Of a stretch of 64,000 bases of DNA, positions 27,747 through 38,017 are shown piece after piece (positions within the stretch are counted from its first letter, which is position 1; each line of letters begins with the position of its first letter). Position numbers and translations under genes: made by a program. The DNA is from an uncultured Dehalococcoidales bacterium (GTDB taxonomy: Bacteria > Chloroflexota > Dehalococcoidia > Dehalococcoidales > BS750m-G39): contig CAYPBF010000002.1 of the NCBI GenBank assembly GCA_964408935.1, forward strand, positions 20,316-84,315, written 5' to 3'. The notes under the pieces were generated by a model. The model was not told the DNA's origin, did not search any database, and saw nothing but the letters and a program-made list of their open reading frames with translations.

Positions 27747-28427
27747 GTGGACAACCAATTAATCCCTACCGAAACCACCCCCACCGCCGACAACCGGGCC
27801 ATCACCCACCTTAAGCAGGAGATAGCCTCTGGTAAAAACTGGTACATCGCCCTGCTCGAAGCCATCGGCCTGTGGACTGGCGCCGAGGAGACATACAGAG
27901 GCCGCCATTACCGCTACCTCATTGACGGCGAAGCTTTCGACTGGCTGCTGCTGGCGGAGAGGCTCTGCCACGAGGTAGCAGAGCTCATTCCTGAAGCGGA
28001 GAGGGACGCCCTGCTCTTTCACGGCCAGCCGCCCGTTAGTTTAAGCGACAAGGAGTTCAAGAAGCTCATCGGTGGCGGCAAATACCAGCAGTACCTGAAC
28101 TATTTCTACGGTGTCACCGTGGAAGAAGCCCTGCTGCGGGCGGTAGAGGCCGAGATACGCAAGGAAAAGCGAATCTCCGGCTACGCCCGCGAGGAAAACC
28201 TGGCTAACGAGGCCTACCGCCGCATCTACGGCTCAACCAAGGCCATACTGCTCAAGCGCTTTCGGCGCCAAAGGCGCTACCCCCAGCTCAAGTCCACCAG
28301 CCTGGCCGAGCTTAAGGAGTTCAGCTACTGGCTCTTTAAGTATCGGCTCCAGCAGTGCGATAAGGCCAGGGTGGCCAGCGACACCAAGAAGGCGCTGGAA
28401 CAGCTAAAGCAAAACGGATGGGGCTAA
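27747..28427 (+). CDS. Hypothetical protein
   Basis: 226-aa ORF with host-like codon usage, co-directional with secA. Confidence 0.75.
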   Translation: MDNQLIPTETTPTADNRAITHLKQEIASGKNWYIALLEAIGLWTGAEETYRGRHYRYLIDGEAFDWLLLAERLCHEVAELIPEAERDALLFHGQPPVSLSDKEFKKLIGGGKYQQYLNYFYGVTVEEALLRAVEAEIRKEKRISGYAREENLANEAYRRIYGSTKAILLKRFRRQRRYPQLKSTSLAELKEFSYWLFKYRLQQCDKARVASDTKKALEQLKQNGWG

Positions 28428-28432
28428 CCCTA

Positions 28433-28461
28433 TTGACATCCCGCTTTTAGGCGAGTAAAAT
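28433..28461 (+). promoter_or_regulatory. Promoter of the NSS transporter
   Basis: TTGACA-N17-TAAAAT. Confidence 0.7.
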
Positions 28462-28595
28462 TCCGTCAACGAGTATGTCGTTATTCTAGCTAATCATTCT
28501 TAACATTAAATAACCCCAAAAAGAAAGGAGGAAGCTGCATCGAGTAAATTTGTGTCCTCTTGTTCGACTAATTCTGACGAAAGGAGGATGAGGAT

Positions 28596-30122
28596 TTGGC
28601 GGAATTAACAAGGGAAAGATGGAGCGGCAGGGCTTTTTTCCTGTTCGCCGCGATGGGCTCCGCAATAGGTCTGGGCAATGTCTGGCGATTCCCCTATTTG
28701 ACCTATGAATATGGTGGCGGAGCCTTTTTGATTGCCTGGATTATCGGCCTCATCATCTTGGGCATCCCCTGGATGATGATGGAATTCGGCATGGGCCGTT
28801 TCTTCCAGAAAGGTGCTCCCGGCGTCTTCGAAGGCATCGGCAAGAAGTGGGAATGGCTGGGCTGGTGGCCCGTCTTCGTTGCCTTCCTCATCGTCACCTA
28901 CTACGCCGTGGTCATAGCCTGGTCCCTTAACTACGCTGTTGACTCGGCTACCGTTGCCTGGGGGACAGGCACAGCGGGTGCCGCTAACGCCGGTGGCTTT
29001 TTCTTCGGGGACGTACTGAACCTGTCCTCGGGACCCACTGACCTCGGCGGTCTGCAGTGGCCCGTAGTCGGCGCCCTGGCCTTTGTCTGGGTAGCGTTGT
29101 TCTTCATCATGTTCAAGGGAGCCAGGATAATCGGCAAGGTCGCCGTCTGGACGGTAGTCATCCCCTGGGCCTTGCTCATTGTCCTGCTGATAAGGGGTTT
29201 GACGCTACCGGGAGCGGTTGACGGGCTTAACTACTACCTGGCGCCGGATTGGGGTGCCTTGGGCAACGCCGATTTGTGGTTCGGAGCCTTCAGCCAGATT
29301 GCCTTCACGTTGTCACTGGGCATGGCTGGTATGTTTGCCTACGGCAGCTTCGTGGCTAAGAAGGCTGACATCAACAACAATGCCTTCATCACCTCTTTTT
29401 CCAACTGCGCCACCAGCTTCTTCGCTGGTTTTGCCGTATTCAGCATCGTCGGCTTCCTCATGCAGGCGCTGTCCGTTTCGGTGGGCGAGGTCAGCACCGC
29501 CAGCCTAGGACTGGCCTTCGTTACCTACCCCGCGGCCATCTCTATGATGCCCGCTTTGGCGGCTTTTACTGGCGTCGTCTTCTTCATTTGCTTCTTCTTC
29601 CTGGGCATAGATTCGGCCTTCTTCCTGACCTACGGCGGCGTTATCGCCCCGCTCCGGGATAAATTCGGCTGGGGCCGCGCCAAGGTCACCGCCTTTATCT
29701 GCGCTCTCGGTCTTGTTATCGGGCTTCTCTTTACCACCGGCGGTGGTCTCTACTGGCTGGATATCGTGGATAGGGCAGTCTCCTTCTACGGGCTGCTCAT
29801 AACCGGTGCCCTGGCCTGCATTGTCGTCGGCTGGTTCTACGGCGTCGAGAAGCTCAGGGAGCACATCAACTCGACCTCGGACTTCAGGGTCGGGGCCTGG
29901 TTCGACTGGCTGATCAAAATCGTCGTGCCCGCCGGGCTGCTCTTTGTGGTCATCTACGGCGGCTTTAAGAACGACATACCCGATCCCGGCTACGGCGGCT
30001 ATGTGATCGGGCCATTCAATGGCTCTCACATCATCTGGATCATACTGGGGGTGACGTTGCTCTTGAGCTTCTGGCTGCAAGCCGCCAAGACCCGAGGGCC
30101 TAAGGAGGTGAAGCTGCAATGA
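28596..30122 (+). CDS. Sodium-dependent transporter (NSS/SNF family)
   Basis: RERW, AMGSAIGLGNVWRFPY, GGGAFL, QIAFTLSLG. Confidence 0.95.
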   Translation: MAELTRERWSGRAFFLFAAMGSAIGLGNVWRFPYLTYEYGGGAFLIAWIIGLIILGIPWMMMEFGMGRFFQKGAPGVFEGIGKKWEWLGWWPVFVAFLIVTYYAVVIAWSLNYAVDSATVAWGTGTAGAANAGGFFFGDVLNLSSGPTDLGGLQWPVVGALAFVWVALFFIMFKGARIIGKVAVWTVVIPWALLIVLLIRGLTLPGAVDGLNYYLAPDWGALGNADLWFGAFSQIAFTLSLGMAGMFAYGSFVAKKADINNNAFITSFSNCATSFFAGFAVFSIVGFLMQALSVSVGEVSTASLGLAFVTYPAAISMMPALAAFTGVVFFICFFFLGIDSAFFLTYGGVIAPLRDKFGWGRAKVTAFICALGLVIGLLFTTGGGLYWLDIVDRAVSFYGLLITGALACIVVGWFYGVEKLREHINSTSDFRVGAWFDWLIKIVVPAGLLFVVIYGGFKNDIPDPGYGGYVIGPFNGSHIIWIILGVTLLLSFWLQAAKTRGPKEVKLQ

Positions 30123-30226
30123 CAACAGCGGCTATAATAACTACCATTATCATGAGTCTGGTGTTTATCGTCGGTCTAGTCTTCTGCTTCACCCGTCTCG
30201 GTAAAGGCGGTAAGTGGGAAGACTAA
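30119..30226 (+). CDS. MetS-like NSS transporter small subunit (not in ORF track)
   Basis: MTTAAIITTIIMSLVFIVGLVFCFTRLGKGGKWED*; AAGGAGG RBS; overlaps the transporter stop. Confidence 0.75.
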   Translation: MTTAAIITTIIMSLVFIVGLVFCFTRLGKGGKWED

Positions 30227-30258
30227 ACCCCACCCGATAAAAGCCGAAACAAGCTAGA

Positions 30259-30295
30259 AAAACCGCTCTCCTCTTAAAGCGGGGAGGGCGGTTTT
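30259..30295. terminator. Bidirectional terminator hairpin
   Basis: AAAACCGCTCTCC...GGGGAGGGCGGTTTT between convergent genes. Confidence 0.7.
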
Positions 30296-30315
30296 GCTTT
30301 GTCCCTTTTTATCTT

Positions 30316-32979
30316 TTAGGACTTGAAACGCGCCAGTTGCTCTTTCAGCCGCTTGAGCTTATCCTGACGCTCGGCCAGCTTCTCCCGATCTTTAGTTACC
30401 ACCGCCTCCGGTGCCTTAGAGAGAAAGGCTTTGTCCTTCAGTCTCTTTTCCAGCGAGGCAATCTGCGCCTGGCTCTGCGCTATCTCATCATCCAGACGTT
30501 TACGTTCGGCATCGAGGTCGACCATGCTCTCCATGGGGATAATGACCTCAGCGTCCTTGAGCACCAGCGCCAGGACGTTCTCGTCGGGCTTGGCCTCCCC
30601 CCTCCCCTCCCCAAAGCTCACCGGTCTGGCCTTGGCCAGTATCTCGATGGCGGGGGCATGGGGCGTGATTGCTGATTTAAGCTCGCCGGCGTAGACCCTC
30701 GCCTCAATCCATTTGTTAGCCTCTACCCTGTGCTCGGCGCGGGCGTTGCGGATAGCGTGTATTATCTCGATGACGGCGGCCATTGTCTTTTCCGCTTCGG
30801 CATCTATTGCCTTTTCGTCGGCCTCGGGGTAGGCGGCAACCATTATGGAATCGGTCTCCTGCCAGCCGGCGGGCAGGCGCTTTTTAAGGTGCTGCCAAAG
30901 CTCCTCGGTGACGAAGGGCATGAAGGGATGCAAAAGTCGCAGCGACCTCTCCAAAACGTATATCAGCACGGGCAGGGGCGAGGCATCGTTGGCATTGAGC
31001 CTAATCTTGGCGAACTCGATGTACCAGTCACAGAACTCGCCCCAGATAAAGTCGTGCAGCCGCCTTAAGGCTTCTCCGAACTGGAAGCTATCCATCAGCT
31101 TGACGACGCTGGCGTTGATTCGGCTCAATCGGCTCAGAATCCAGCGCTCCTCCACCCCCAACCCCTCCCGCTTGATTTCGGGGCTTATTTCTGCCTTCTC
31201 AAGGCTTCTCATCACGAAGCGGGCGGCATTCCAGAGCTTGTTGGCGAAGTTGCGCCCCGCTTCCAGCCTGGCTTTGGTCAGGTTAATGTCATTGCCCGGC
31301 GAAACGTCGGTGGAGAGGGCAAAGCGCAGGGCGTCGGTGCCGTATTTATCAATAGTGTCGAGCGGGTCGAGCACGTTGCCCCTCACCTTGCTCATCTTCT
31401 CCCCCTTCTCGTCCCGCAGCAGCCCGTGCAGGTAAACGGTGCTAAAAGGTATATCGCCCACATCCTCCAACCCCATCATAATCATTCTAGCCACCCAGAA
31501 GAAGATGATGTCGTAGCCCGTCTCCATCACCGTCGTCGGGTAGAAATAACGCAGGTCTTCGGTGTCGTCGGGCCAGCCCAAAGTGGAGTGCGTCCACAGC
31601 GCCGAGGAGAACCAGGTATCCAAAACATCGGGGTCCTGCTCCACCTTTGACGAGCCGCAGTGGGCGCATTTCTTAACGTCGTCTACCGATACCGTAAGCT
31701 CATTGCATTTCTGGCAGTACCAGACGGGGATGCGGTGCCCCCACCAGAGCTGGCGGCTGATGCACCAGTCGCGGATGTTCTCCATCCAGTTGAGATAGAC
31801 CTTGGTAAAGCGCTCGGGGATAATGTTGATGCGACCGCTGGTGACGGCTTTGATGGCGGGTTTGGCTAGGGGTTCCATCTTGACAAACCACTGCTTACTG
31901 GCAATGGGCTCGATGACCGTCTGGCAGCGCATACAGTGCCCCACCGAATGCCCGTAGGGTTCGATTTTAACCAGCTGCCCCGATTCTTTAAGGTCTTTCA
32001 GTATCGCCTCGCGGCACTTGAAACGGTCGAGGCCCTTATATTTGCCCGCGTTCTCGTTCATGGTCACGTCGGGGTTTAATATATTGACCAGCGGCAGGTC
32101 GTGGCGCTGGGCGACCTCGAAGTCTACGGGGTCGTGGGCGGGGGTAATCTTTACCGCTCCCGTGCCGAACTCAGGGTCAACGGCCTCATCAGCGATGACG
32201 GGTATCTGGCGGTTGACGGCGGGCAAAATGACCTTCTTACCCACCACCCCCTTAAAGCGTTTGTCTTCGGGATTGACGGCCACCGCCGTATCCCCCAGTA
32301 TGGTTTCGGGGCGGGTGGTGGCCACGGTGATAAACTCCTTGCTATCTACCAGCGGGTAGCGCACGTAGTAGAGGTTGCCCTGTATATCCTTGTGGTCGGT
32401 CTCCAGGTCGGAGAGCGCCGTGGCGCAGCGCGGGCACCAGTTGATAATCCGCTCCCCCCGGTAGATTAGGCCCTTCTCGTAGAGCTTGACGAAGGCGGTG
32501 CGCACCGCCCGGCTCGGCCCTTCCTCCAGCGTAAACCTCTCACGGCTCCAGTCGCAGGAAGCCCCTACCCGCTGCTCCTGCTCGGTTATCGTCCGGCGGC
32601 ACTCTTTGGCCCACTCAGACATCCTCTCCAAAAACTTCTCCCGCCCTATCTTATGGCGGTCCGTCCCCTCCTGGGCCAGTTGTTGCTCCACCACCACCTG
32701 GGCGGCGATGCCAGCGTGGTCGATGCCCGGCAGCCAGAGCGCCGAATCCCCCTTCATACGGTGCCAGCGGGTCATAACGTCCTCGGGGGTGAGGAAGCAG
32801 ACGTGCCCCATGTGCAGCCCCCCAGTGACGTTGGGCAGGGGCATGATGACGACAAAGGGCTTCTTCTTGGGGTCAATCTCGGCGCGGAAATAGCCCTTCT
32901 CCAGCCAGAACTTATACCAATGCCGCTCTACTTTTTGCGGCTCATAGGCCTTGGGCATCTCTTCTTTCGGTGCTGCCAT
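30316..32979 (-). CDS. valS: Valine--tRNA ligase
   Basis: PNVTGGLHMGH (HIGH-like), DWCISRQLWWGHRIP, KMSKV, C-terminal coiled coil. Confidence 0.98.
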   Translation of the reverse strand: MAAPKEEMPKAYEPQKVERHWYKFWLEKGYFRAEIDPKKKPFVVIMPLPNVTGGLHMGHVCFLTPEDVMTRWHRMKGDSALWLPGIDHAGIAAQVVVEQQLAQEGTDRHKIGREKFLERMSEWAKECRRTITEQEQRVGASCDWSRERFTLEEGPSRAVRTAFVKLYEKGLIYRGERIINWCPRCATALSDLETDHKDIQGNLYYVRYPLVDSKEFITVATTRPETILGDTAVAVNPEDKRFKGVVGKKVILPAVNRQIPVIADEAVDPEFGTGAVKITPAHDPVDFEVAQRHDLPLVNILNPDVTMNENAGKYKGLDRFKCREAILKDLKESGQLVKIEPYGHSVGHCMRCQTVIEPIASKQWFVKMEPLAKPAIKAVTSGRINIIPERFTKVYLNWMENIRDWCISRQLWWGHRIPVWYCQKCNELTVSVDDVKKCAHCGSSKVEQDPDVLDTWFSSALWTHSTLGWPDDTEDLRYFYPTTVMETGYDIIFFWVARMIMMGLEDVGDIPFSTVYLHGLLRDEKGEKMSKVRGNVLDPLDTIDKYGTDALRFALSTDVSPGNDINLTKARLEAGRNFANKLWNAARFVMRSLEKAEISPEIKREGLGVEERWILSRLSRINASVVKLMDSFQFGEALRRLHDFIWGEFCDWYIEFAKIRLNANDASPLPVLIYVLERSLRLLHPFMPFVTEELWQHLKKRLPAGWQETDSIMVAAYPEADEKAIDAEAEKTMAAVIEIIHAIRNARAEHRVEANKWIEARVYAGELKSAITPHAPAIEILAKARPVSFGEGRGEAKPDENVLALVLKDAEVIIPMESMVDLDAERKRLDDEIAQSQAQIASLEKRLKDKAFLSKAPEAVVTKDREKLAERQDKLKRLKEQLARFKS

Positions 32980-33009
32980 TATTACCTTTCTAAAAACTAC
33001 TGAACAACC

Positions 33010-33579
33010 TTACCCCTTTAATTGTTGCGCCTTTCCTACTTCATCAAAGCAATATTTGAATAGGGCAAATAAAGCCTGATGTCCACCAACTTGTTTCGGA
33101 TGAATCGGCTTCTTATGCAATTTTTTGAAGTCTACAGTCAGGTTTATCTGCTTGACTTGGAAAACTCTCTGAAATTCCGTATTGTTCACACGCCAAACAG
33201 GTGCCTCAGGACAATGGGCGAAAGCGTTCCTCATCTGGTTGATAATAGCCCTAGCTGCTGTAAGGTCGTCTACAGAGTCATCTTTTGCACTAAACCTCTT
33301 AATTGAAGGTTGGAAGGTCTCCTCAAGCACACCATCAAATGTGTTGACACACGCACCTAGACAGAGAACTACCGTGTTACGAGCAACGAGCTTGGTTGAT
33401 TGCTGATTAAGTCCAAAGTCGACAAATATTTGACCTGTGCCTGCTTTAATACTGAACTTTGAAGGTAATTGGTCTTTGTTGATTAAACCTTTTTCCACCA
33501 AAACAGAGATATAATGAGCAAATAGAAAAACCTGCAGCGCTGCTTTGAGTGGTTTCTGAGCTGGTGTCTGGACTTTCAT
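33010..33579 (-). CDS. AT-rich hypothetical protein with HEPN motif (start uncertain)
   Basis: INQMRNAFAH (R-x4-H); composition contrasts with flanking coaBC and valS. Confidence 0.6.
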   Translation of the reverse strand: MKVQTPAQKPLKAALQVFLFAHYISVLVEKGLINKDQLPSKFSIKAGTGQIFVDFGLNQQSTKLVARNTVVLCLGACVNTFDGVLEETFQPSIKRFSAKDDSVDDLTAARAIINQMRNAFAHCPEAPVWRVNNTEFQRVFQVKQINLTVDFKKLHKKPIHPKQVGGHQALFALFKYCFDEVGKAQQLKG

Positions 33580-33599
33580 TCACCCTTTCTCGCTACTCC

Positions 33600-34787
33600 T
33601 CACTTTTTGACCAACCCCACCACCCCGTCCAGTATCCGCTCGGCCACCTCACGCTTGCTCATCAGGGGCAGTTCTTCCACCTTGCCCTTTTTGTCGATGA
33701 TGATGACCCTATTGGTGTCGACGCCGAAGCCGCTGTCGGCGGCGGTAATATCGTTGGCGACGATGATGTCCAGTTTCTTCCCCGCCAGCTTCTTCTTGGC
33801 GTTGGCGACGATGTCGTTGCTCTCGGCGGCGAAGCCGATTCTGACGAAGTTGCCCCTGACCTCGGCCAGGATATCGGGCGTCCTCACCAGTTCCAGCTTC
33901 AGCTCAGGCGTATCCTTCTTGAGCTTTTCCTTAGCGGTGGTCTTGGGCTGATAGTCGGTCACCGCCGCCGCCATAATCAGGGCGTCGGCTTTGGCTACCG
34001 CCTTAGCCACCGCTTTTTGCATCTCCGAGGTAGTTTTGACGGAAATGACCTCAAGCCCCACCGGCTGAGGAAGGTAGGTGGGCGCGGTAATCAATTTGAC
34101 GTCAGCGCCTCTGTCTCTAGCGGCCTCGGCGATGGCGTAGCCCATCTTCCCCGAGGAAGGGTTGGTGATGTGCCTCACCGGGTCGATGGGCTCCTGGGTG
34201 CCCCCCGCCGTCACCACCACCTTCTTACCCGCCAAATCGCCCTTCCTCGCCAAAACCTGCTTGATGGTGCCCATAATTTTATCGCTAGCGGCCAGCCGCC
34301 CCGGCCCCACCCCACCCGAAGCCAGTCTCCCGGTCTCGGGCTCGACGATGGTAAAGCCACGGGCTTTAAGCTTGGCCAGGTTCTCCTGCGTTATGGGGTT
34401 CAGGTACATGTTGGTGTGCATGGCTGGCGCCAGGACAATGGGGGCCTTGGTCGCCAGCACCACCAGGGCCGGCATTTCGTCAGCGATGCCCGCCGCCAAC
34501 TTGGCAATCAACGAGGCAGTCGCTGGGGCGATAACCACGGCGTCGGCCGCTTCGGCCAGGGCGATATGCTCGACGGTGCGCTCCGAATCGGGGCCGAAGA
34601 CGTCGGTAAACACCCTCCGCCCGGTAATACTGCTTAAGGCCAGCGGAGCGATAAACCAAGTGGCGGCCTTGGTCATAACCACCTCCACCTTGGCCCCCTC
34701 CTTGGTCAGACGGCTGGCGATGTCGGCCGCCTTGTAGGCAGCGATGCTGCCGGTTATACCCAGTATTATGGTCTTTTCCTTTAGCAT
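33600..34787 (-). CDS. coaBC: Bifunctional phosphopantothenoylcysteine decarboxylase/ligase
   Basis: GITGSIAAYKA, APAMHTNM, VTAGGTQEPIDPVRHITNPSSGKMG. Confidence 0.97.
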   Translation of the reverse strand: MLKEKTIILGITGSIAAYKAADIASRLTKEGAKVEVVMTKAATWFIAPLALSSITGRRVFTDVFGPDSERTVEHIALAEAADAVVIAPATASLIAKLAAGIADEMPALVVLATKAPIVLAPAMHTNMYLNPITQENLAKLKARGFTIVEPETGRLASGGVGPGRLAASDKIMGTIKQVLARKGDLAGKKVVVTAGGTQEPIDPVRHITNPSSGKMGYAIAEAARDRGADVKLITAPTYLPQPVGLEVISVKTTSEMQKAVAKAVAKADALIMAAAVTDYQPKTTAKEKLKKDTPELKLELVRTPDILAEVRGNFVRIGFAAESNDIVANAKKKLAGKKLDIIVANDITAADSGFGVDTNRVIIIDKKGKVEELPLMSKREVAERILDGVVGLVKK

Positions 34788-34790
34788 CTT

Positions 34791-35558
34791 TTAGCTCTTA
34801 TTCATCTCGTAGATGAGTCTCAATCCGATTAGGGTCAGGTCGGGGTTGACCACGTCGATGGTGTCTGTCACCTTGGCGATAAGCTCGCCGTAGCCACCCG
34901 TGGCCACCACCTTATACTTGCCCCCAAGCTCTTTTTGGATGCGCTCCAGCATCCCCTCCACCAGCGAGGCGTAGCCGTAGATAATACCCGATTGAATAGC
35001 CGCTACCGTGTTGGTGCCGATGACGTGCTTGGGCTGCGCCAGCTCCACCCTGGGCAGCTGCGCTGTGCGCGTAAAAAGCGCCTCGGCGGCGGTGGCGATA
35101 CCGGTGGCGATAATGCCGCCGACGTAGTCCCCTTCTTTAGAAACAATGCCGAAGGTGGTGGCCGTGCCCAGGTCGATGATAATCACCGGCCCTTCGTAGA
35201 GCTTATGGGCAGCGGCAGCATCAGCGATGCGGTCAGCACCGACCTCGCGGGGGTTATCCATACGGATGCTTACCCCCGTCTTTACCCCCGCCCCCACCAC
35301 CAGCGGTGTGATATGAAAATATCGCTCGAAAAGCTCCTCGAATGTCGAAATCAGCGGCGGCACCACGCTGCACATAGCCACCGCCTTGATGTCGGTGGTC
35401 TCCAGCCCCTGCTGACGCAGCAGGTTAAGAAGCAGCGCCGCGTACTCGTCGGCCATGCGGTGGAAGCCCGTCGCCATGTGCCAGGTCGCCCGTAGTTTAT
35501 CACCCTCGAAGATGCCAAGCTTGGTGCTGGTGTTGCCGATATCGACCGCTAACAGCAT
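34791..35558 (-). CDS. coaX: Type III pantothenate kinase
   Basis: LAVDIGNT, VGADR, IDLGTATT, VATGG. Confidence 0.96.
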   Translation of the reverse strand: MLLAVDIGNTSTKLGIFEGDKLRATWHMATGFHRMADEYAALLLNLLRQQGLETTDIKAVAMCSVVPPLISTFEELFERYFHITPLVVGAGVKTGVSIRMDNPREVGADRIADAAAAHKLYEGPVIIIDLGTATTFGIVSKEGDYVGGIIATGIATAAEALFTRTAQLPRVELAQPKHVIGTNTVAAIQSGIIYGYASLVEGMLERIQKELGGKYKVVATGGYGELIAKVTDTIDVVNPDLTLIGLRLIYEMNKS

Positions 35559-35559
35559 G

Positions 35560-37161
35560 CTACTCAGCCTCTTCTGTAGGTTCAGCGGGGCGAGCCTTCA
35601 ACTGCTTGATGACCATGGGCAGTTCGTCCAGAAGGTCGGAGGCCATCATGCCCGCGTCGCCCAGCCTCTCTTTAACCGCCTCCCCGGCCATGCCGTGGAT
35701 ATAGACGCCAGCGGCAGCGGCATCGAAAAGGTTCATGCCCTGCGCCAGCAGCCCAGCGATAGCCCCGGCCAGGACGTCACCCGTCCCCGCCGAAGCCAGG
35801 CCGGCATTGGCCACATGGCTTATCTGCGACCGTCCGTCGGGCGCGGCCACCACGGTATGCGCCCCTTTGAGGACGATGGTCTTGTGCCATTCCCCAGCCA
35901 TCTTTCGGGTCAGCTCCAACCGGTCGAGCTGAACCTCGTCCACCGTCATCCCCGTCAGTCGGGCCATCTCCCCGGGGTGGGGGGTAAGGATGGCGTCCTC
36001 GGGCATCAGGTCCCACCATTTGGGCACGCCCGCCAGGGCGTTGAGCCCGTCGGCATCGAGGACCACCGACGGTAACTTGGGCTTGGCGGTCTTGGCCTTG
36101 GGGTGGGTAAGTAAGACAGACCTGATGAACCTGACCACGGTCTCGTTCCGCCCCATGCCGCAGCCCATAAGCAGCACGTTATAGTTCTCGGACTGGCGAA
36201 AAATCAGCCGCAGGGCATCCGGAGAGATAATCCAGGGTCGGGCCTCGGGCAAGGGCAGGTAGGTCACCTCGGTCAGCTTGTTGGCCAGAATGGCCTGCAG
36301 CCTGCCGACAGCGGCCAGCGTCACCAGCCCCGCGCCGACCCTCATGGCGCCGTTACAGGCGAGATAGGGCGCGCCGATGTAGCTAATGGAGCCGGCCAGC
36401 ACTAACACCTTACCGAAATCGCCCTTGTTGGCTTGGGGTGAGCGTTCGGGCAGCACCGACTGGATCCACTCGTCAGCGAGGTATTCGGGGCCGGCCTGCT
36501 CATCCACGTATCCGGGCAGCCCGATATCTACCACACTGATTTCCCCCACTCTCTCCGCCCCGGGGAACTTAAAGAGCCCCGGTTTGGGGAAAGCCAGGGT
36601 GATGGTATTATCGACATAGAGGCAGCCCGCGTCGGCCTCGCCTGTGTCGGCATTAAGCCCTGATGGTATATCCAGGGCGATGAGCTTTGTATTGGGGCGC
36701 TTGATCTTGGCCCGCCGCGCCCTGTCCAGTACCATCAGCAGCAGACCGGAAAAGGGGCGGGTGGTGCCCGTGCCGAAGAGGGCGTCGATAACGGTATCCA
36801 CCGAGGCCAGCAGCTTGGTCAGCTCGTCCAGGTTTTCGTCCTTCTCCGCCTCGACGCGCTTGATGCGGCGCTCCCTTATCGGCTTGAGCGTGGGGCCGCG
36901 GGCGGGTCTCTGTCCGAACGTATAGATGAAGACCTTAGCCCCCGCGTCATGAAGGTGTTGGGCGGCGACCAGCCCGTCCCCACCGTTGTTACCCGGCCCG
37001 ACGAGGATCAGAATCTGTTGCTGTCGGACATCCTCTACGATTCGCGCCACCTCGTCGGCGACGGCCTGCCCCGCGTTCTCCATGAGCATCTCCATGGTCA
37101 CGCCGGACTTGGCGGCATTCTCCTCCAATTGGCGCATCTGGTCAGTAGTTACAACTTTCAC
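35560..37161 (-). CDS. nnr: Bifunctional NAD(P)H-hydrate epimerase/dehydratase
   Basis: LMENAG, GPGNNGGDG, DIPSG, NKGDFG, DADGLN, TPHPGE, ASAGTGDVLAG. Confidence 0.96.
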   Translation of the reverse strand: MKVVTTDQMRQLEENAAKSGVTMEMLMENAGQAVADEVARIVEDVRQQQILILVGPGNNGGDGLVAAQHLHDAGAKVFIYTFGQRPARGPTLKPIRERRIKRVEAEKDENLDELTKLLASVDTVIDALFGTGTTRPFSGLLLMVLDRARRAKIKRPNTKLIALDIPSGLNADTGEADAGCLYVDNTITLAFPKPGLFKFPGAERVGEISVVDIGLPGYVDEQAGPEYLADEWIQSVLPERSPQANKGDFGKVLVLAGSISYIGAPYLACNGAMRVGAGLVTLAAVGRLQAILANKLTEVTYLPLPEARPWIISPDALRLIFRQSENYNVLLMGCGMGRNETVVRFIRSVLLTHPKAKTAKPKLPSVVLDADGLNALAGVPKWWDLMPEDAILTPHPGEMARLTGMTVDEVQLDRLELTRKMAGEWHKTIVLKGAHTVVAAPDGRSQISHVANAGLASAGTGDVLAGAIAGLLAQGMNLFDAAAAGVYIHGMAGEAVKERLGDAGMMASDLLDELPMVIKQLKARPAEPTEEAE

Positions 37162-37183
37162 TTCCCTCTACCTCCGTAAAAGA

Positions 37184-37948
37184 CTATCTTATCCAGATGG
37201 GTTTTCTCTTCTCCAGGAAGGCGGTCAGCCCTTCGACGCTGTTCTCCCCAGCCATAACCATGGTGGCGTCGGCACCGGTGGCTTCCAGCGCCTCGTTGAA
37301 GCTCAGGTCGAAGTTGCGGTAAAGCGCCCGCCGCGCCTGGGTCAGAGTCAGCCCGCTGTTGGACGTAAAACGCTTGATAAACTCGTCGCATCCCTTCTCG
37401 AAATCGGCGGCGGGAACGACCTTGGTCACCAGCCCGATTTTCTCGGCTTCCTCGGCGCTGATGTTGTCACCAGAAAGGATAAGCTCGAAGGCCTTCTGCC
37501 GCCCCATTATTCTGGGGAAGAGCACCGAGGCCGGCGGCGGATAGACCCCCAGCTTGACCTCAGGCTGCCCCAGCTTGGCCTTATCCGAAGCCACAGCCAT
37601 GTCGCAGCCAGCCACTATCTCGCAGCCACCACCCAGCGCCAGCCCATTGACCAGAGCGATGGTCGGCTTATCCACCTCGATGAGGGACATGAAGAGCTTG
37701 TGGAAGACCTCGACCATCTTGGGCAGCTTATCGCCCAGGTGGTCGCCGACGGAAACCCCCGCCGAAAAGGCCTTGTCCCCCGAACCGGTGACAGCCACCA
37801 CCTTGACCTCGTCGTCCTCTTTGAGCTGGGCTAGCGCCTGGCTCATCTCCTCCAGGGTTTCGATGTCTAGGATGTTCAAGGGCGGCAGGTTTATGGTAAT
37901 CTTGGCCACCCCGTCTTTCTTTTTCAGTAAAATCTTCTTAAAAGCCAT
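37184..37948 (-). CDS. Enoyl-CoA hydratase/isomerase (resembles dienoyl-CoA hydratase Dch-type)
   Basis: PPLNILD, AFSAGVSVGDH, GGGCE, GQPEVKLGVYPP; start set at MAFKK. Confidence 0.85.
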   Translation of the reverse strand: MAFKKILLKKKDGVAKITINLPPLNILDIETLEEMSQALAQLKEDDEVKVVAVTGSGDKAFSAGVSVGDHLGDKLPKMVEVFHKLFMSLIEVDKPTIALVNGLALGGGCEIVAGCDMAVASDKAKLGQPEVKLGVYPPPASVLFPRIMGRQKAFELILSGDNISAEEAEKIGLVTKVVPAADFEKGCDEFIKRFTSNSGLTLTQARRALYRNFDLSFNEALEATGADATMVMAGENSVEGLTAFLEKRKPIWIR

Positions 37949-38017
37949 CGTTTGTGCCTCCACTGTTATTCAGAAGTGTAGCAATATACTGGGCTGCGGT
38001 CAAGAGAGGCGATGGTA

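Noticed and set aside
28462-28595. Riboswitch or uORF in the NSS transporter leader (two AAAGGAGGA sites)
   Set aside because: No recognisable riboswitch core; the first SD has no properly spaced ATG/GTG, only a closely spaced CTG
32980-33009. T-box upstream of valS
   Set aside because: Only 30 nt separate valS from the upstream ORF and no T-box consensus is visible
33549-34637. 362-aa + strand ORF opposite coaBC
   Set aside because: Antisense shadow; coaBC has the diagnostic motifs
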